A model generated the notes under the pieces. It had not been told where the DNA came from and ran no database searches. It saw only the letters and a program-made list of their open reading frames with translations. A DNA stretch of 64,000 bases, from NCBI GenBank assembly GCA_964454265.1, contig CAYVXD010000001.1, positions 13,136 through 77,135 on the forward strand, written 5' to 3'. The position numbers and the translations under genes were made by a program. Of the stretch, positions 9,477-23,917 are shown piece after piece; positions within the stretch are counted from its first letter, which is position 1, and the number at the start of each line of letters is the position of its first letter. The DNA comes from an uncultured Candidatus Sumerlaeota bacterium. Its GTDB lineage: Bacteria > Sumerlaeota > Sumerlaeia > MWCT01 > JAUWMI01.

Positions 9477-9965
9477 CTATTGTTCATCCGGCACTCCTTG
9501 CGTCCTGGCAAGAGCGGCATTAATGTCGCCAAGCAGTGCACGAATGTCTTTTGCTTCCTCAGGATCTTTGTTTATGGCGTTCTGCGCCAGAGCCTTTTCG
9601 CAAACCGTCTTGGCGTTAATGAACTCGCCTCGGTCATAATATACTTTGGCCAGCCTCCGGTAGAGTTTAAAATATGTTGGCACAGCTTTGATGCCCTGCC
9701 GATAGGTCTGAATCGTTGCCGTTGTATTTCCTGAGTCGGCGTAGGCGTCTGCCAATCGCACGTACGCGTGGCGATACTGAGGGTCGAGCTGAATAGTCTT
9801 TTTGAACGCCTGAATCGCCTCCGGGTATTCTCCCTCATACAGATATTGCTTACCCTGGCGGTAGGTTTTCTCCGCCGGACTCTTACATCCAGCCATCCAT
9901 ACAGAGCCAATACTGATCATAGCAAGCACTGCAATTACATATCGTCTTTTCCTCAGCCTGTTCAT
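9477..9965 (-). CDS. TPR-repeat lipoprotein
   Basis: Signal peptide with lipobox MAGCKS, followed by TPR helices (YPEAIQAFKKTIQLDPQY, YVRLADAYADSGN, FKLYRRLAKVYYDRGEF). Confidence 0.6.
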   Translation of the reverse strand: MNRLRKRRYVIAVLAMISIGSVWMAGCKSPAEKTYRQGKQYLYEGEYPEAIQAFKKTIQLDPQYRHAYVRLADAYADSGNTTATIQTYRQGIKAVPTYFKLYRRLAKVYYDRGEFINAKTVCEKALAQNAINKDPEEAKDIRALLGDINAALARTQGVPDEQ

Positions 9966-10084
9966 TTATTCCTCCTCTGGATTGCTGACATTGCTTTCGC
10001 CATCACATTTTTCTTTGCTGCAAAACCGAGCAAGCACCAGCACACTTTAGCATTGTTTGGACACTAAAGAGAGGCCGGGGCGCG

Positions 10085-13490
<3,406 letters not shown>

Positions 13491-13501
<11 letters not shown>

Positions 13502-14717
13502 ACTCGCGTCCGGTTAGCTTTTTTAGCATTTTAGCGGCTTGATTACGGATTACAGCGCTCTTGTTCTGCAGCGCTTTTTCCCACATGCGAATTTCCTCCA
13601 TATCCACGCCAGGAGGAGGCGAAGCGGAATCTGCTGGCTCTTCTGCATATGGTTCAACCGTTTCGGAAGAGAGGCCTTCGCTAACGTAAATCTTTTCGCC
13701 GATTTCCTCTTCTTTACTTTCTGCTTCTTGGAGAGCAAGTTCTTCTTCGCTCTCTTCTCGAACTACCTGTTGTGTCCTCACTTCGTCAGAGATGGGCTCC
13801 ATTTCTTGAGCGATCATCTCGCCTTCCGGCACTTTAGCGACTTCCATATCTTCATCCAGTCGTTCAAATCCCATCTGCAAATCCGGCTCAGGCTCATTGT
13901 CATGCTCGGTTTCCATTCCTTCGCCTACGCCAACCATTGCTTCTTCTTCAGACCCTGCGGCTTTTCCTTCGTAAACAAGCTCCTGCGGAACACGACCGGT
14001 GATTTTTGATACCTCTTCCTCTTCCAGATGGAAACTCAGCTGTGTTGTTCCAAACTGCAGCGTGTCATTATCAAACAGCTGTACCTCTTTGGTGTATTTC
14101 CCGTTGACCAGTGTACCTTTCCAGCTGCCCAAATCCTTTGCGAAAAAGCTCTTGCCTTGACGAATGATCACGGCGTGCCTCTTAGAGACAAACCAATCAT
14201 GCAGGCGAATATCGTTGTTGCTGGCACGCCCAATGTAGGTTTCGTACTTGTTAATCTTGAACTCCTGCTCCTTTTGCTTCCCTTTTATCACCGTCAAACA
14301 CCCTGTCGGTGCTTTATCAACGATCATGGTACGATCAGAACCGAATGCGTCGCTAATCACCTGCTCTTCGCTCAGGACCTTAGTGAGAAACTCCAGCGTA
14401 TGTTTGCCAATCGTAATGACGTCCTGATCCTGGATCTCGGTTTTCGTAACTCTCATGCCATTAACCAAGGTTCCATTTGCACTATTTAGATCTGTGAGGA
14501 TGTACTTGCCATCCTGGTTGCGAATGCGAGCGTGGTTCCTGGATACACTTAAATTTTCGATGACGATGTCATTATCACGCGACCGGCCGACGCTGATAAT
14601 GTCTTTGTCGAAACTGTAACGGTAAACAACATTGTCTCCGAGTTTCACGATTATTTCTGGCATGATTCTCAGCCCCCCCGCCTTGCATTGGAATTGTCCG
14701 CTAACTGCTAACTCCAA
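13491..14717 (-). CDS. Protein with two FHA domains and an acidic low-complexity C-terminal tail
   Basis: Two FHA signatures (ISVGRSRDNDIVIENLSVSRNHARI...NGTLVNG and TYIGRASNNDIRLHDWFVSKRHAVI...GTLVNG), then a Glu-rich tail. Confidence 0.75.
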
Positions 14718-14862
14718 ATACTTGAAAACATTACTGTAAGTTCTTATTCCTGAAGTCTATAGGCAAATCTTTCATGCCGGATTCCGTATACTCAAGGATT
14801 CTGGGAGAATGTATATATCGGAGTGCTCCAAAATACAACAAAAAAGTTTGCCCCAGGCTATC

Positions 14863-15942
14863 TTACGCTGTCCCGTGCCCGTGATGATCATACCGGTGCA
14901 GCAGAATGTCGGTTGCCACTATGTGGAATCCAAATTTCCCGTAGAGATTAAGGGCCGGATAGTTCGTATGGCTGGTGCGCAGTTCAACGTAATCGTATTG
15001 GCCGGCTAACTGTCTCAGACTTTGCGCCAAAATGGCTGTCCCGAAACCCTTACCCTGCTGCTCCTGATGTACCACCACAAAATCGAGGATGGCCACTCGG
15101 ACGCCGAGTTTCTCACACAGCTGCTCATTGGCCAGAAAGATCGCGAACCCGATAATCGTAGTATCATGGCATGCCACGAAAATATGTTTGCCCAGCTGGT
15201 CGCAGCACTTTTCCACCCAGGCGGCAAAGAGGCGGTTTGTCGCCTCAGTTGGCAGGACGGGGTCGCAGTAATAGTGATTATACTGATGCGACGTGGCTGC
15301 AATGCGCATCAGGGCATCCCTGTAGCGTGGCTCGTATGGGACAAGGTCAATCGCCGGCATCTCAGCAGGCTGCTCGCATGGCAACGCCACAGACATCTTG
15401 ACCGAGCAATCCACCAGATAAAATCCCTTCTGCTCGAAGAGATGAATATTGTCCCATTCGTTTGCATCGAATCGCAAGGCAAGATGAAGGATGCCCTGTT
15501 TACGGGCTGCTGCAAGGATAAATTCCAGCAAGGCGGGAGAAACTTCCTTTGGGTCGTGGTAACTGATAAAATAGCTGATCTTACCCATTGGCATATTGTA
15601 GATTTCGCTATGCCAGGGGTCGGGGATCAGACTGGCAAGTCCAAGAATTTCCTTACCGCGCACGGCAAGTACGCTTTGTACTAGCCGCGAATCCATGTGG
15701 CGCATAAAGTTCTCAAGCAGAAATTCGCTTAACAGCGCACGATCAAGCCCTTGCGCAGCCTGCTGGTATTGTTTGTAAGGAAAATTGGCAAATAGCGCCT
15801 GGATTGCAGCGCGATGCGTGGATAGCGGTTTGATGAGTTTGACCATTGCCTGAACACCGTATGCAATAGGCACGAGCAGATTTCTTTCCATACCTACATT
15901 TCGATGTCCTGGACGAACCGATAAACCGCCAAAAAAAATCAC
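14863..15942 (-). CDS. GNAT-family N-acetyltransferase, probably two GNAT-like halves
   Basis: The acetyl-CoA-binding motif VVVHQEQQGKGFGTAILAQSL and a second degenerate GNAT region are present. The start may be the internal Met at MERNLL. Confidence 0.55.
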   Translation of the reverse strand: MIFFGGLSVRPGHRNVGMERNLLVPIAYGVQAMVKLIKPLSTHRAAIQALFANFPYKQYQQAAQGLDRALLSEFLLENFMRHMDSRLVQSVLAVRGKEILGLASLIPDPWHSEIYNMPMGKISYFISYHDPKEVSPALLEFILAAARKQGILHLALRFDANEWDNIHLFEQKGFYLVDCSVKMSVALPCEQPAEMPAIDLVPYEPRYRDALMRIAATSHQYNHYYCDPVLPTEATNRLFAAWVEKCCDQLGKHIFVACHDTTIIGFAIFLANEQLCEKLGVRVAILDFVVVHQEQQGKGFGTAILAQSLRQLAGQYDYVELRTSHTNYPALNLYGKFGFHIVATDILLHRYDHHGHGTA

Positions 15943-15961
15943 GGTAACGGCCTCTTGATTG

Positions 15962-17119
15962 CTAGATCATGGCCTGTGGTTCAAACGCCTTCACATACTC
16001 TTCCAGTAAATAGCGGTCCGTCATCCCGGAGATGTAATCGCAGATCACACGCTTCAGCCCGTCTGTTGCAATGCGATCCTGATACTTGGTCGGTAATTGT
16101 TGTGGTGTTTCAACATAAGACAAAAAGAGCTTTTGGATAAATTTTTCCGCCTTGGTAGCCATACGCACGGTATGAGGATGTTGATAGACGTTCTTCATCA
16201 GAAAATCTTTCAGTGCCTGGTTCTTTTCAACCATTTCGGAGCTGAAGCTAGCGATCTTGTGGGACAGATTTTGCACGTCTTCGGCACACCGGATCTTATT
16301 CGCAGCAATATTTCTATCTGTTTGTTGCAGTGCATCAATAACCTGTATATCAATTATCTTGCCAATGGCGCGATATTTGACAAATTTGTCGCGTACGGTA
16401 TCAGAACTCTCCCTGCGCGCAACGGTGAAGATTTCCCAGCACCAGTCTACGGCTTCCAGATCATCTTCTTCTATGAGCCCTAGTTTTAAGGCGTCGTCAA
16501 GGTCGTGATTATTGTAAGCAATCTCATCGGCAATATCTACAATTTGCGCTTCAAGGGTAGGTGCGTGTTTTGGTCGAAACCGCGAGTCAATCTGTGGGGT
16601 GTCGTATGAGGTTGTATGTTTGATAATCCCTTCGCGCACCTCCCATGTCAGATTGAGCCCCTTAACGTCGCCGTACCGCTCCTCAAGGTACTCGACTACT
16701 CGCAGCCCCTGTTCATTGTGTTCGAAACCACCCTCTTCGTTCATTAACTGGGTCAGTGCACGTTCGCCAGAATGGCCGAAAGGGGTGTGACCCAGGTCAT
16801 GGGCCAGAGCAATTGCTTCGGCTAGATCAAAATTAAGTCGCAGATTGCGCGCCATGCTGCGCGCTATTTGCGCCACCTCGATAGTATGAGTCAGGCGGGT
16901 ACGATAGTAGTCGCCTTCATGTATTACAAAAACCTGAGTTTTGTATTCCAGCTTCCGAAAAGCGGTTGAATGGATGATGCGGTCGCGATCACGTTGGTAT
17001 TCTGTCCTCATGGAATCCGGAGAGATTGGATAATCACGGCCGCGCGTCTCGCTGCTTTTCATTGCATACGGAGCAAGCATCTCGCGCTCAATCTCTTCGA
17101 GATTTGCCTTTGTGTGCAT
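15962..17119 (-). CDS. dgt: dGTP triphosphohydrolase-like HD-domain phosphohydrolase
   Basis: HD motif region HTIEVAQIARSMA...AHDLGHTPFGH, the conserved LAPYA...SRGR N-terminus, and start chosen at MHTKANLEEIE. Confidence 0.8.
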   Translation of the reverse strand: MHTKANLEEIEREMLAPYAMKSSETRGRDYPISPDSMRTEYQRDRDRIIHSTAFRKLEYKTQVFVIHEGDYYRTRLTHTIEVAQIARSMARNLRLNFDLAEAIALAHDLGHTPFGHSGERALTQLMNEEGGFEHNEQGLRVVEYLEERYGDVKGLNLTWEVREGIIKHTTSYDTPQIDSRFRPKHAPTLEAQIVDIADEIAYNNHDLDDALKLGLIEEDDLEAVDWCWEIFTVARRESSDTVRDKFVKYRAIGKIIDIQVIDALQQTDRNIAANKIRCAEDVQNLSHKIASFSSEMVEKNQALKDFLMKNVYQHPHTVRMATKAEKFIQKLFLSYVETPQQLPTKYQDRIATDGLKRVICDYISGMTDRYLLEEYVKAFEPQAMI

Positions 17120-17270
17120 TTTCGTTCCCAGGTGAAAGATGGATAGTTGCTGGCGATTCGCTAGTTTCGGACTTATGTGTGATCGCCCCACACGGCGCCT
17201 GTCAACAGAGTAGCAAACAGGGCAATGCCGACGATTTGATCAGAGCCTAAAATTGCACGCTACGGCCTGA

Positions 17271-18266
17271 CTATTTTTTCTTCAGCCACATCATCATCGA
17301 GCGCAGCTGTTTTCCTACCTTCTCGATTGGATGCTCGAGGCCCTGGCGTCTGAGGGCATTGAACACCGGACGCCCTGCCTTGTTTTCCAGAATCCATTCG
17401 CGGGCAAATTCGCCGCTCTGAATTTCACACAGAATTTTCTTCATCTCCTGCTTCACGCTGTCGTTGATAATCCGAGGCCCTCGCGTCAGATCCCCGTATT
17501 CCGCTGTATCGCTGATCGAGTAGCGCATCATGGTAATGCCGTTTTCGTGAATCAAGTCAGTGATGAGTTTCAATTCGTGCAAACACTCAAAGTAGGCCAC
17601 CTCGGGTTGGTAGCCTGCAGCGACCAGCGTCTCAAAGCCAGCCAGGATTAAGGAGACCACTCCGCCGCAGAGAATCGTCTGCTCGCCAAACAGGTCGGTC
17701 TCTGTTTCTTCTTTGAATGTAGTCTCAATAACTCCGGCACGTGTCCCGCCAATGGCTTTGGCATGGGCGAGAGCAAGCTTCTTGGCCGTCTTTGTTGCAT
17801 CCTGAAACACAGCGATCAGACAGGGCACCCCATTGCCTTCTTGAAACACTCGTCGCACAATGTGCCCTGGCCCTTTCGGGGCAACCATATAGACATCAAT
17901 ATCCTTGGGTGGTTTGATACAGCCAAAATGTATATTGAAACCATGGGAAAAGGCGATGGCCTTTCCCTTCTTGAGATGAGGTCTGACAGATTGCTCATAA
18001 ATTGCTGCCTGCACGTCATCGGGTGCTAGAAATTGAATAATGTCAGCCTGGCGCGCTGCTTCTTCCGCAGAGATGGGCTTAAACTTGTCCTTCACCGCTT
18101 TTTGATAATTCGATGTTCCTTTGAGCTCGGCCACGATAACCCGAACTCCGCTGTCACGCATGTTTTGTGCTTGGGCGTGGCCCTGGCTACCATAGCCGAT
18201 CACCGCAACTGTCTTATTCTTCAACAGCTTCAGGTTAGCATCCTTTTCGTAGTAGATCTTTGCCAT
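17271..18266 (-). CDS. ilvC: Ketol-acid reductoisomerase
   Basis: [41 protein letters not shown] is the canonical IlvC N-terminus. Confidence 0.9.
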   Translation of the reverse strand: MAKIYYEKDANLKLLKNKTVAVIGYGSQGHAQAQNMRDSGVRVIVAELKGTSNYQKAVKDKFKPISAEEAARQADIIQFLAPDDVQAAIYEQSVRPHLKKGKAIAFSHGFNIHFGCIKPPKDIDVYMVAPKGPGHIVRRVFQEGNGVPCLIAVFQDATKTAKKLALAHAKAIGGTRAGVIETTFKEETETDLFGEQTILCGGVVSLILAGFETLVAAGYQPEVAYFECLHELKLITDLIHENGITMMRYSISDTAEYGDLTRGPRIINDSVKQEMKKILCEIQSGEFAREWILENKAGRPVFNALRRQGLEHPIEKVGKQLRSMMMWLKKK

Positions 18267-18316
18267 GCCTGTCCCTCCCTGTTTGCGCATAATTTTTCTT
18301 GGATACGTTCGGCCTG

Positions 18317-18793
18317 TCAGCCCCGCGTTATAGCGATCCGTCCGGTTCTGACCAATTCCTTGATGCCAAAAGGCTTCACCAGGTCAAGAAATGCTCCGAT
18401 TTTGTCCTGAGGCCCTGCGACTTCAGCTGTGAGTGTCTTCTGATTAACGTCAATAATCTTTGCCTTAAAGATTTCAATGATCTGTACGATCTCCCCACGT
18501 GTTTGTGAAGTACAATTGATCTTGACCAAAACTAGCTCACGGTCAAGATACTCGTCTTTCGTTATATCCTGTACCTTGATCACGTCTATCAGCTTGTTGA
18601 GCTGCTTGTTCACCTGCTCGATGATCTTGTCATCGCCAGTCACGATAATTGTCATGCGCGAAATTGTGGGATCTTGGGTCTCACCCACAGCTAGACTGTC
18701 TATATTAAACCCCCGGCTGCTGAACAGCCCCGCTATGTGCGACAATACCCCAAATCGGTTTTCTACCAAAACGGAAATGACGTGCTGCATCAA
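18317..18793 (-). CDS. ilvN: Acetolactate synthase small (regulatory) subunit
   Basis: [38 protein letters not shown] is the ACT-domain signature of IlvH/IlvN. It overlaps ilvB by 4 nt. Confidence 0.9.
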   Translation of the reverse strand: MMQHVISVLVENRFGVLSHIAGLFSSRGFNIDSLAVGETQDPTISRMTIIVTGDDKIIEQVNKQLNKLIDVIKVQDITKDEYLDRELVLVKINCTSQTRGEIVQIIEIFKAKIIDVNQKTLTAEVAGPQDKIGAFLDLVKPFGIKELVRTGRIAITRG

Positions 18794-20502
18794 GCCATCC
18801 CTCCCATCATCTGGCGAACGCTGGCCCCAGCAGGAATCATGGGAAAAACGTTCTCTTCCTCCTCAACCATGCACTCGACAAACACCGTCCGTGGCGTCCG
18901 TAGAGCTTTGCGCAGAGCAGGAATCACCTCCGCCTTTTTTGTTACACGGATGCCCACCGCACCGTATGCCTCGGCAAGTTTAACAAAGTCGGGAACAAAC
19001 CTCGAACAGCCTGGCGGACAATCCTTGGTGGGCGCTAAGCAGGTGTACGAGTAGTTCTTGTTGTAAAAGAGCTGCTGCCACTGGCGCACCATACCCAGGT
19101 ACCGATTATTGATAATGATTACCTTCACCGGTAGTCCGTGCATCACGGCAGTGGCGAGCTCCTGGATATTCATCTGGATGCTCCCATCGCCCGCAATGTC
19201 AACGACCAGCCTGTCAGGATTGCCCACCTGCGCGCCAATTGCCGCCGGGAATCCATAGCCCATGGTGCCGAGCCCGCCTGAAGAGAGAAACGTGCGGGGC
19301 TTCGTATAGGTATAGTAGTGCGCCGCCCACATCTGGTGTTGTCCAACTTCAGTCGTGACGATGGCATTACCCTTGGTTAGCTTGTAGAGCTGATGAATCA
19401 CGTATTGCGGTCGCAGCTTATTGTCATTACGATACACTAGAGGATACTGTTTTTTCCATTTATTGATCTTCGCAATCCATTTTGGATTCTTCTTTGGCTT
19501 GATCCGCTTGATAATTTCTCGTAGCACTTCCTTGCAGTCGCCAACCACCGGGATTGACACTCTGATATTCTTGCTAATTGCCGATGGGTCAATGTCAATG
19601 TGTATTACATTGCCGTGTGCATTGGGTGCAAATTCGTCAATCTTACCAGTCACGCGATCATCGAACCGCGCACCCACGGCAATGATAAGATCCGTCTCGT
19701 GCATGGCGTAGTTAGCATACTGCGTACCGTGCATACCGAGCATCTTGAGTGCGAGGGGATGGTCCTCAGGAAACCCGCCTAATCCCAGGAGCGTAGTGGT
19801 GCAAGGGATGTTGCAGCGCTCGGCTAATTTAAGCACCTCTTTTGACGCACCGGAGATAATCACACCGCCACCGCAGTAAAGCAGCGGTTGCTTGGCCTGC
19901 TCAATTGCTTCCACTGCCTTCTTGATCATCAGGGGATGTCCTTTGTGAACTGGCTTGTAGCTGCGAATGTTCACGCTGTCAGGATACTTATAGTTGTCGC
20001 ACACTGCCTGCTGTACGTCCTTTGGCAGATCAATCAGCACTGGACCTGGCCGTCCTGTCCGCGCAATATAAAACGCTTCCTTGATGATTCGAGCAAGGTC
20101 ATTAACATTCTTCACCAGGTAGTTGTACTTTGTGACAGGACGCGAGATCCCAACCATATCTGCCTCCTGGAAGGCATCATTACCAATCATCGTAGTCGGC
20201 ACCTGGCCGGTGATCGCCACTATAGGCACCGAGTCCATGTAAGCGGTGGCCAGACCCGTGACCAAATTCGTCGCACCAGGCCCTGACGTCGCCATGCATA
20301 CTCCTGGGCGCCCGGTTGACCTGGCATAGCCATCCGCTGCATGCGCCGCACCCTGCTCGTGCCGTACGAGAATGAACCGCAACGGCGACTTATTCAGCCG
20401 ATCAAAGAGGTCAAGCACTGCCCCCCCAGGAAAACCAAAAATAATCTCAACGCCCTCCCTGATCAGCCCATCAACAACAATTTCGGCCCCTGTCATTTTC
20501 AT
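18790..20502 (-). CDS. ilvB: Acetolactate synthase large subunit (biosynthetic type)
   Basis: ThDP enzyme motifs ([35 protein letters not shown]) and the expected length of about 570 aa. Confidence 0.9.
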   Translation of the reverse strand: MKMTGAEIVVDGLIREGVEIIFGFPGGAVLDLFDRLNKSPLRFILVRHEQGAAHAADGYARSTGRPGVCMATSGPGATNLVTGLATAYMDSVPIVAITGQVPTTMIGNDAFQEADMVGISRPVTKYNYLVKNVNDLARIIKEAFYIARTGRPGPVLIDLPKDVQQAVCDNYKYPDSVNIRSYKPVHKGHPLMIKKAVEAIEQAKQPLLYCGGGVIISGASKEVLKLAERCNIPCTTTLLGLGGFPEDHPLALKMLGMHGTQYANYAMHETDLIIAVGARFDDRVTGKIDEFAPNAHGNVIHIDIDPSAISKNIRVSIPVVGDCKEVLREIIKRIKPKKNPKWIAKINKWKKQYPLVYRNDNKLRPQYVIHQLYKLTKGNAIVTTEVGQHQMWAAHYYTYTKPRTFLSSGGLGTMGYGFPAAIGAQVGNPDRLVVDIAGDGSIQMNIQELATAVMHGLPVKVIIINNRYLGMVRQWQQLFYNKNYSYTCLAPTKDCPPGCSRFVPDFVKLAEAYGAVGIRVTKKAEVIPALRKALRTPRTVFVECMVEEEENVFPMIPAGASVRQMMGGMA

Positions 20503-20742
20503 GGTGACTTACTCCATTGCAGGTGCAATTATTCGCCGCATTTCGTTGCGGCGTTTTCGTCCTGCTATTAGATAAAGACCATACGTTCACGGGCTGTGAA
20601 GTTCAAGAGGTTTTTTGTCTTGTCCGCAAGGGTTAAAATCATGGGAACACAATGGGAAGGAATACGTGACAGCTTATATCAGGCCCAACCCATTCGCCGC
20701 TGGAGTGTTTCGTCCTTGGTTGTGCGCCGGACCACGGCGATC

Positions 20743-22095
20743 TTACCGCTTCGGAGCGTCATTCATGGAGGGAGAAACTGGCGGATCAGCTGATGTCTCA
20801 TTGGCATCGCGCGACGGTCGCGTATCGTTAGTTTTTAATTCGAACAGCTCGCGTAACAGCTCACAATACGAAAATCCTTTTCCTGTGCTGGCATGCTGCT
20901 TCATCTTTGCAGTGGGGAGATGGCTAATTTTGTTAATCAAAGCCTTACTGAAATATTCAATTTGCCGCAGCTGTTCGGTGGTGAACCCGTGTGAATTCTT
21001 GACCGAGCGTTCAATCTCCAGTTGGCGTACATCATCAAGGTATGCTCGAAATGCACGTACGGTTGGCACAATGTCGCGTGACGCTATCCAGTGGAGAAAT
21101 TTTGTCACTTCGCCCTCAATGATTTGCTCGACCTTCTCAAGTCCACTCCGGCGCTCTTGCACGTTTTTCTCAACAATGTGCTCAAGATCGTCAATATTGT
21201 ACAGGTAAACGTTTTCAATGGTATTTACTTCAGGATCAATGTCGCGCGGAACAGCAATATCAATCAGGAAGAGCAAGCGGTTTCTGCGCTTTTGCATGAT
21301 TGTCTCAAGTGCGCTTTTCCTGATTAAGAAATGCGGCGACCGGGTGGAGCTGATCACAATGTCGCTGCGGACCAGAAACTCCAGCCCGGAGTCGAACTCC
21401 ACTGGAATGCCTCCCAGCTGGCTTGCCATAGCCACTGCACGCTCATACGTGCGATTTACCACAAAGAGATTTTCAACACCTGCGTGCTTGAGATGCTTCG
21501 CCGTTGTTTCGCTCATGTCGCCGCTGCCAACCACCACGGCATTTTTGCCCCCCAACGTCCCAAAGATTTTCCTGGCCAGTTCAACTGCCGCGTAAGGGAC
21601 TGAGACGGCACTTCTACTAATATTGGTTTCAGTGCGAACTTTTTTTCCCACCGCGATAGCCCGCGAAAATAGTGTATTAAAAACCAGCCCCGTCGTGCCG
21701 CAGTCCATTGCCTTGTGAAATGCCTCTTTCACCTGGCCAAGAATCTGCGGCTCACCCACGATCATCGAGTCCACACTTGAGGCCACGCGGAAGACGTGGC
21801 GAACTGCCTGATCACCTACAAAGCGATAGAGGTAATCGTGGTACGAGCCACGCCCCAGGCCAGACAACTCGCCAAAAAAGTCACACACATCCCCCCTTGT
21901 GCCCGATGCAACCTGCCTCTGCACTGTGTAGATCTCCACCCGATTGCAGGTCGAGAGCACCACGGCTTCATCAACTCCGTACCTCTGAACCAGTCCTCTC
22001 AGGGCCTCAGCGAGTGTCCGGTCAGAAATGGCGAATTTCTCCCGGATCTCTACCGGGGCCGTTTTGTGACTGAGTCCTAGAACCGACAACAGCAT
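20743..22095 (-). CDS. hemA: Glutamyl-tRNA reductase with a roughly 30-aa hydrophilic C-terminal extension
   Basis: LSVLGLSHKTAPVEIREKFA, LSTCNRVEIY and GSGDMSE (NADP binding) match HemA. Confidence 0.85.
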   Translation of the reverse strand: MLLSVLGLSHKTAPVEIREKFAISDRTLAEALRGLVQRYGVDEAVVLSTCNRVEIYTVQRQVASGTRGDVCDFFGELSGLGRGSYHDYLYRFVGDQAVRHVFRVASSVDSMIVGEPQILGQVKEAFHKAMDCGTTGLVFNTLFSRAIAVGKKVRTETNISRSAVSVPYAAVELARKIFGTLGGKNAVVVGSGDMSETTAKHLKHAGVENLFVVNRTYERAVAMASQLGGIPVEFDSGLEFLVRSDIVISSTRSPHFLIRKSALETIMQKRRNRLLFLIDIAVPRDIDPEVNTIENVYLYNIDDLEHIVEKNVQERRSGLEKVEQIIEGEVTKFLHWIASRDIVPTVRAFRAYLDDVRQLEIERSVKNSHGFTTEQLRQIEYFSKALINKISHLPTAKMKQHASTGKGFSYCELLRELFELKTNDTRPSRDANETSADPPVSPSMNDAPKR

Positions 22096-22131
22096 GACTT
22101 CGCAATTTACTCCGCGCAGTGTTTTACCGTG

Positions 22132-22959
22132 CTACTGATATCCATGGAATTTTGACACGCCTAAAAAGTTGCCCGAGACGTACGCAATGACAATAAGGAC
22201 GCACCCCGTTATTGCAACATAGCCAGTTCGCTTACCAATCCACCCGATACGCGTACGCAGGTGAAGATACACAACATAGTAGAGCCACAGCACCACCGAT
22301 GACAGGACTTTTGCATCCATATAGCTGAACATGGTACGCACTTGTTGGGCAAAAAGCCAGCCCGTCACAATTCCAAATGTCAGAAATAGAAAACCGAATG
22401 AAATGCAGCGATGTGTGTAATGATCCATTCGCATGAGCGGAGGAAACCGGTCAAACAGACGCAGATAGCTCTTGTTCTTCATCTGGTAATCCAGCGCAAT
22501 GTAAAGAATGCCAATGCCTGCGGCCAAGATAAACAAGGCATAACTTAACATAAAAAACGGAATGTGGAGCACAGCGAATGCACTCCGGAGATACGACTCG
22601 GCAGAGGGTGCCTTAACAAGTCTGTCAAACGAGAGCGACACAATGTTGAGTACGATAATGCACGGTGTGAGAATTGCTGCCAGGAGATCAAACCGCAGAA
22701 TGGCGATGGCGACCGCGTTGGTGGCTATAAGAAAGAACGAAAGCAGGAGTAAGGAAGCCTTCAGCGTCGCAGCAGGGAACGATCCAATCTGCAGTCCGCT
22801 CACAAGGACGCCAAGCCCCATACATCCTACGGCAACCCAGGCTGCCAGAATGCCAATTCGGTTTGGTGCTTCACCTTTCGTCCATAATAGGCGCAGCGTC
22901 GCAATGAACGTCACCACCAGACTAAACGTAGCGCAGATATACAGAATTGTATCTACCAT
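22132..22959 (-). CDS. Cytochrome c assembly-family (CcsA/HemX-like) integral membrane protein
   Basis: Polytopic membrane protein with a Trp-rich C-terminal half (WLFAQQ...WLYYVVYLHLRTRIGW). It sits immediately upstream of hemA, as hemX does in other bacteria. Confidence 0.5.
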   Translation of the reverse strand: MVDTILYICATFSLVVTFIATLRLLWTKGEAPNRIGILAAWVAVGCMGLGVLVSGLQIGSFPAATLKASLLLLSFFLIATNAVAIAILRFDLLAAILTPCIIVLNIVSLSFDRLVKAPSAESYLRSAFAVLHIPFFMLSYALFILAAGIGILYIALDYQMKNKSYLRLFDRFPPLMRMDHYTHRCISFGFLFLTFGIVTGWLFAQQVRTMFSYMDAKVLSSVVLWLYYVVYLHLRTRIGWIGKRTGYVAITGCVLIVIAYVSGNFLGVSKFHGYQ

Positions 22960-23591
22960 TCTCCCTCCAGAACTTTCAACGCCTCTTGTCTGGCTGCGGC
23001 TCTTCCCTGAGATCTGATCAAATAAGGAATATCCATATTCAGAATTTTGTTCAGAATAAGGGATTTCTTTTGAGGATCACTAATTTTTTCCAGGATGAGA
23101 TCACGCAGCTCGCCGAGCAGATCAACGTAATCGCCATATGTCTCGTCGAACAACCTCTCCAGGTTCTTGCGGATCCTCTTCGACAATGCTGGACATTTCC
23201 CATCGCTCGAGACTGCGACCTGGAATCCTCCCCGTTGCACCACTGCAGGAACAATAAAATTGCACAAATCCGGCGCGTCAACAACATTGACCAACAACCG
23301 GCGTCGCCTAGCTTCCACAGAGATTTCCCGGTTTAAATCCTCATCATCGGTCGCTACAAATACTAGATCAGCCCCATCAATATCGCCTGGCTGATAGCTC
23401 CGCTGGTGAAGAGTTATTTTCGCCCTTTTGGCGAGGTGCAAAAGCGCGGCGGTAACCTCTGGACTCACCACAGTTATCTGGGCATTGAACGGCAACAGAT
23501 TGTAGACTTTGCGTTCAGCAATCTTGCCGCCGCCAACAACCATACATTTAAGGGAGTCAAGTCCCAAGAGTATCGGATAATAGCGTGGCAT
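22953..23591 (-). CDS. sirC: Precorrin-2 dehydrogenase / sirohydrochlorin ferrochelatase (siroheme synthase N-terminal domain, SirC/Met8-like)
   Basis: The Rossmann motif LKCMVVGGGKIAERKV and a length of about 210 aa match CysG-N/SirC. It is co-oriented with hemA. Confidence 0.7.
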   Translation of the reverse strand: MPRYYPILLGLDSLKCMVVGGGKIAERKVYNLLPFNAQITVVSPEVTAALLHLAKRAKITLHQRSYQPGDIDGADLVFVATDDEDLNREISVEARRRRLLVNVVDAPDLCNFIVPAVVQRGGFQVAVSSDGKCPALSKRIRKNLERLFDETYGDYVDLLGELRDLILEKISDPQKKSLILNKILNMDIPYLIRSQGRAAARQEALKVLEGEW

Positions 23592-23780
23592 AGCAGAATG
23601 GAGTAAATCCTTTGAAATCTAAGTGATTGGCGTGCCTGAACTTACTGCAGGTGACTCTACAGAATTTGACTGTAATGTCAATAGTTTTCCTTGCTGTGAA
23701 CCTGCGGATGCTGTTCCCTGCGCTTGTCTGCTCCACCTGTGACACGCTCTACTGGTTACCCGCTTGTTTGTCTCTTCGTC

Positions 23781-23803
23781 GCCTCTCAGAGGCATGTTTT
23801 TTC
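23781..23803 (+). terminator. Intrinsic-terminator-like hairpin plus T-run on the plus strand, just upstream of the lysC promoter
   Basis: GCCTC-tca-GAGGC followed by atgTTTTTTc. Confidence 0.3.
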
Positions 23804-23816
23804 TCGTGATTTCTTC

Positions 23817-23845
23817 TTGACAAGCCTACTGAATCGCCATACAAA
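23817..23845 (+). promoter_or_regulatory. Sigma70-like promoter (TTGACA-N17-TACAAA) for lysC
   Basis: TTGACA at 23817-23822, a 17-nt spacer, then TACAAA. It lies about 70 nt upstream of the lysC start. Confidence 0.35.
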
Positions 23846-23917
23846 GAGAAGCTAATTTTTTATGCTGCCAGTCTGTGGTGAATTCTCTACAATGATCTTC
23901 ATGGGAGGCATTTCACA

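Noticed and set aside
20503-20742. T-box riboswitch or classical Ile/Val/Leu attenuator in the ilvB leader
   Set aside because: No specifier-loop or T-box (AGGGUGGNACCGCG) sequence is present. The only uORF has no run of branched-chain codons.
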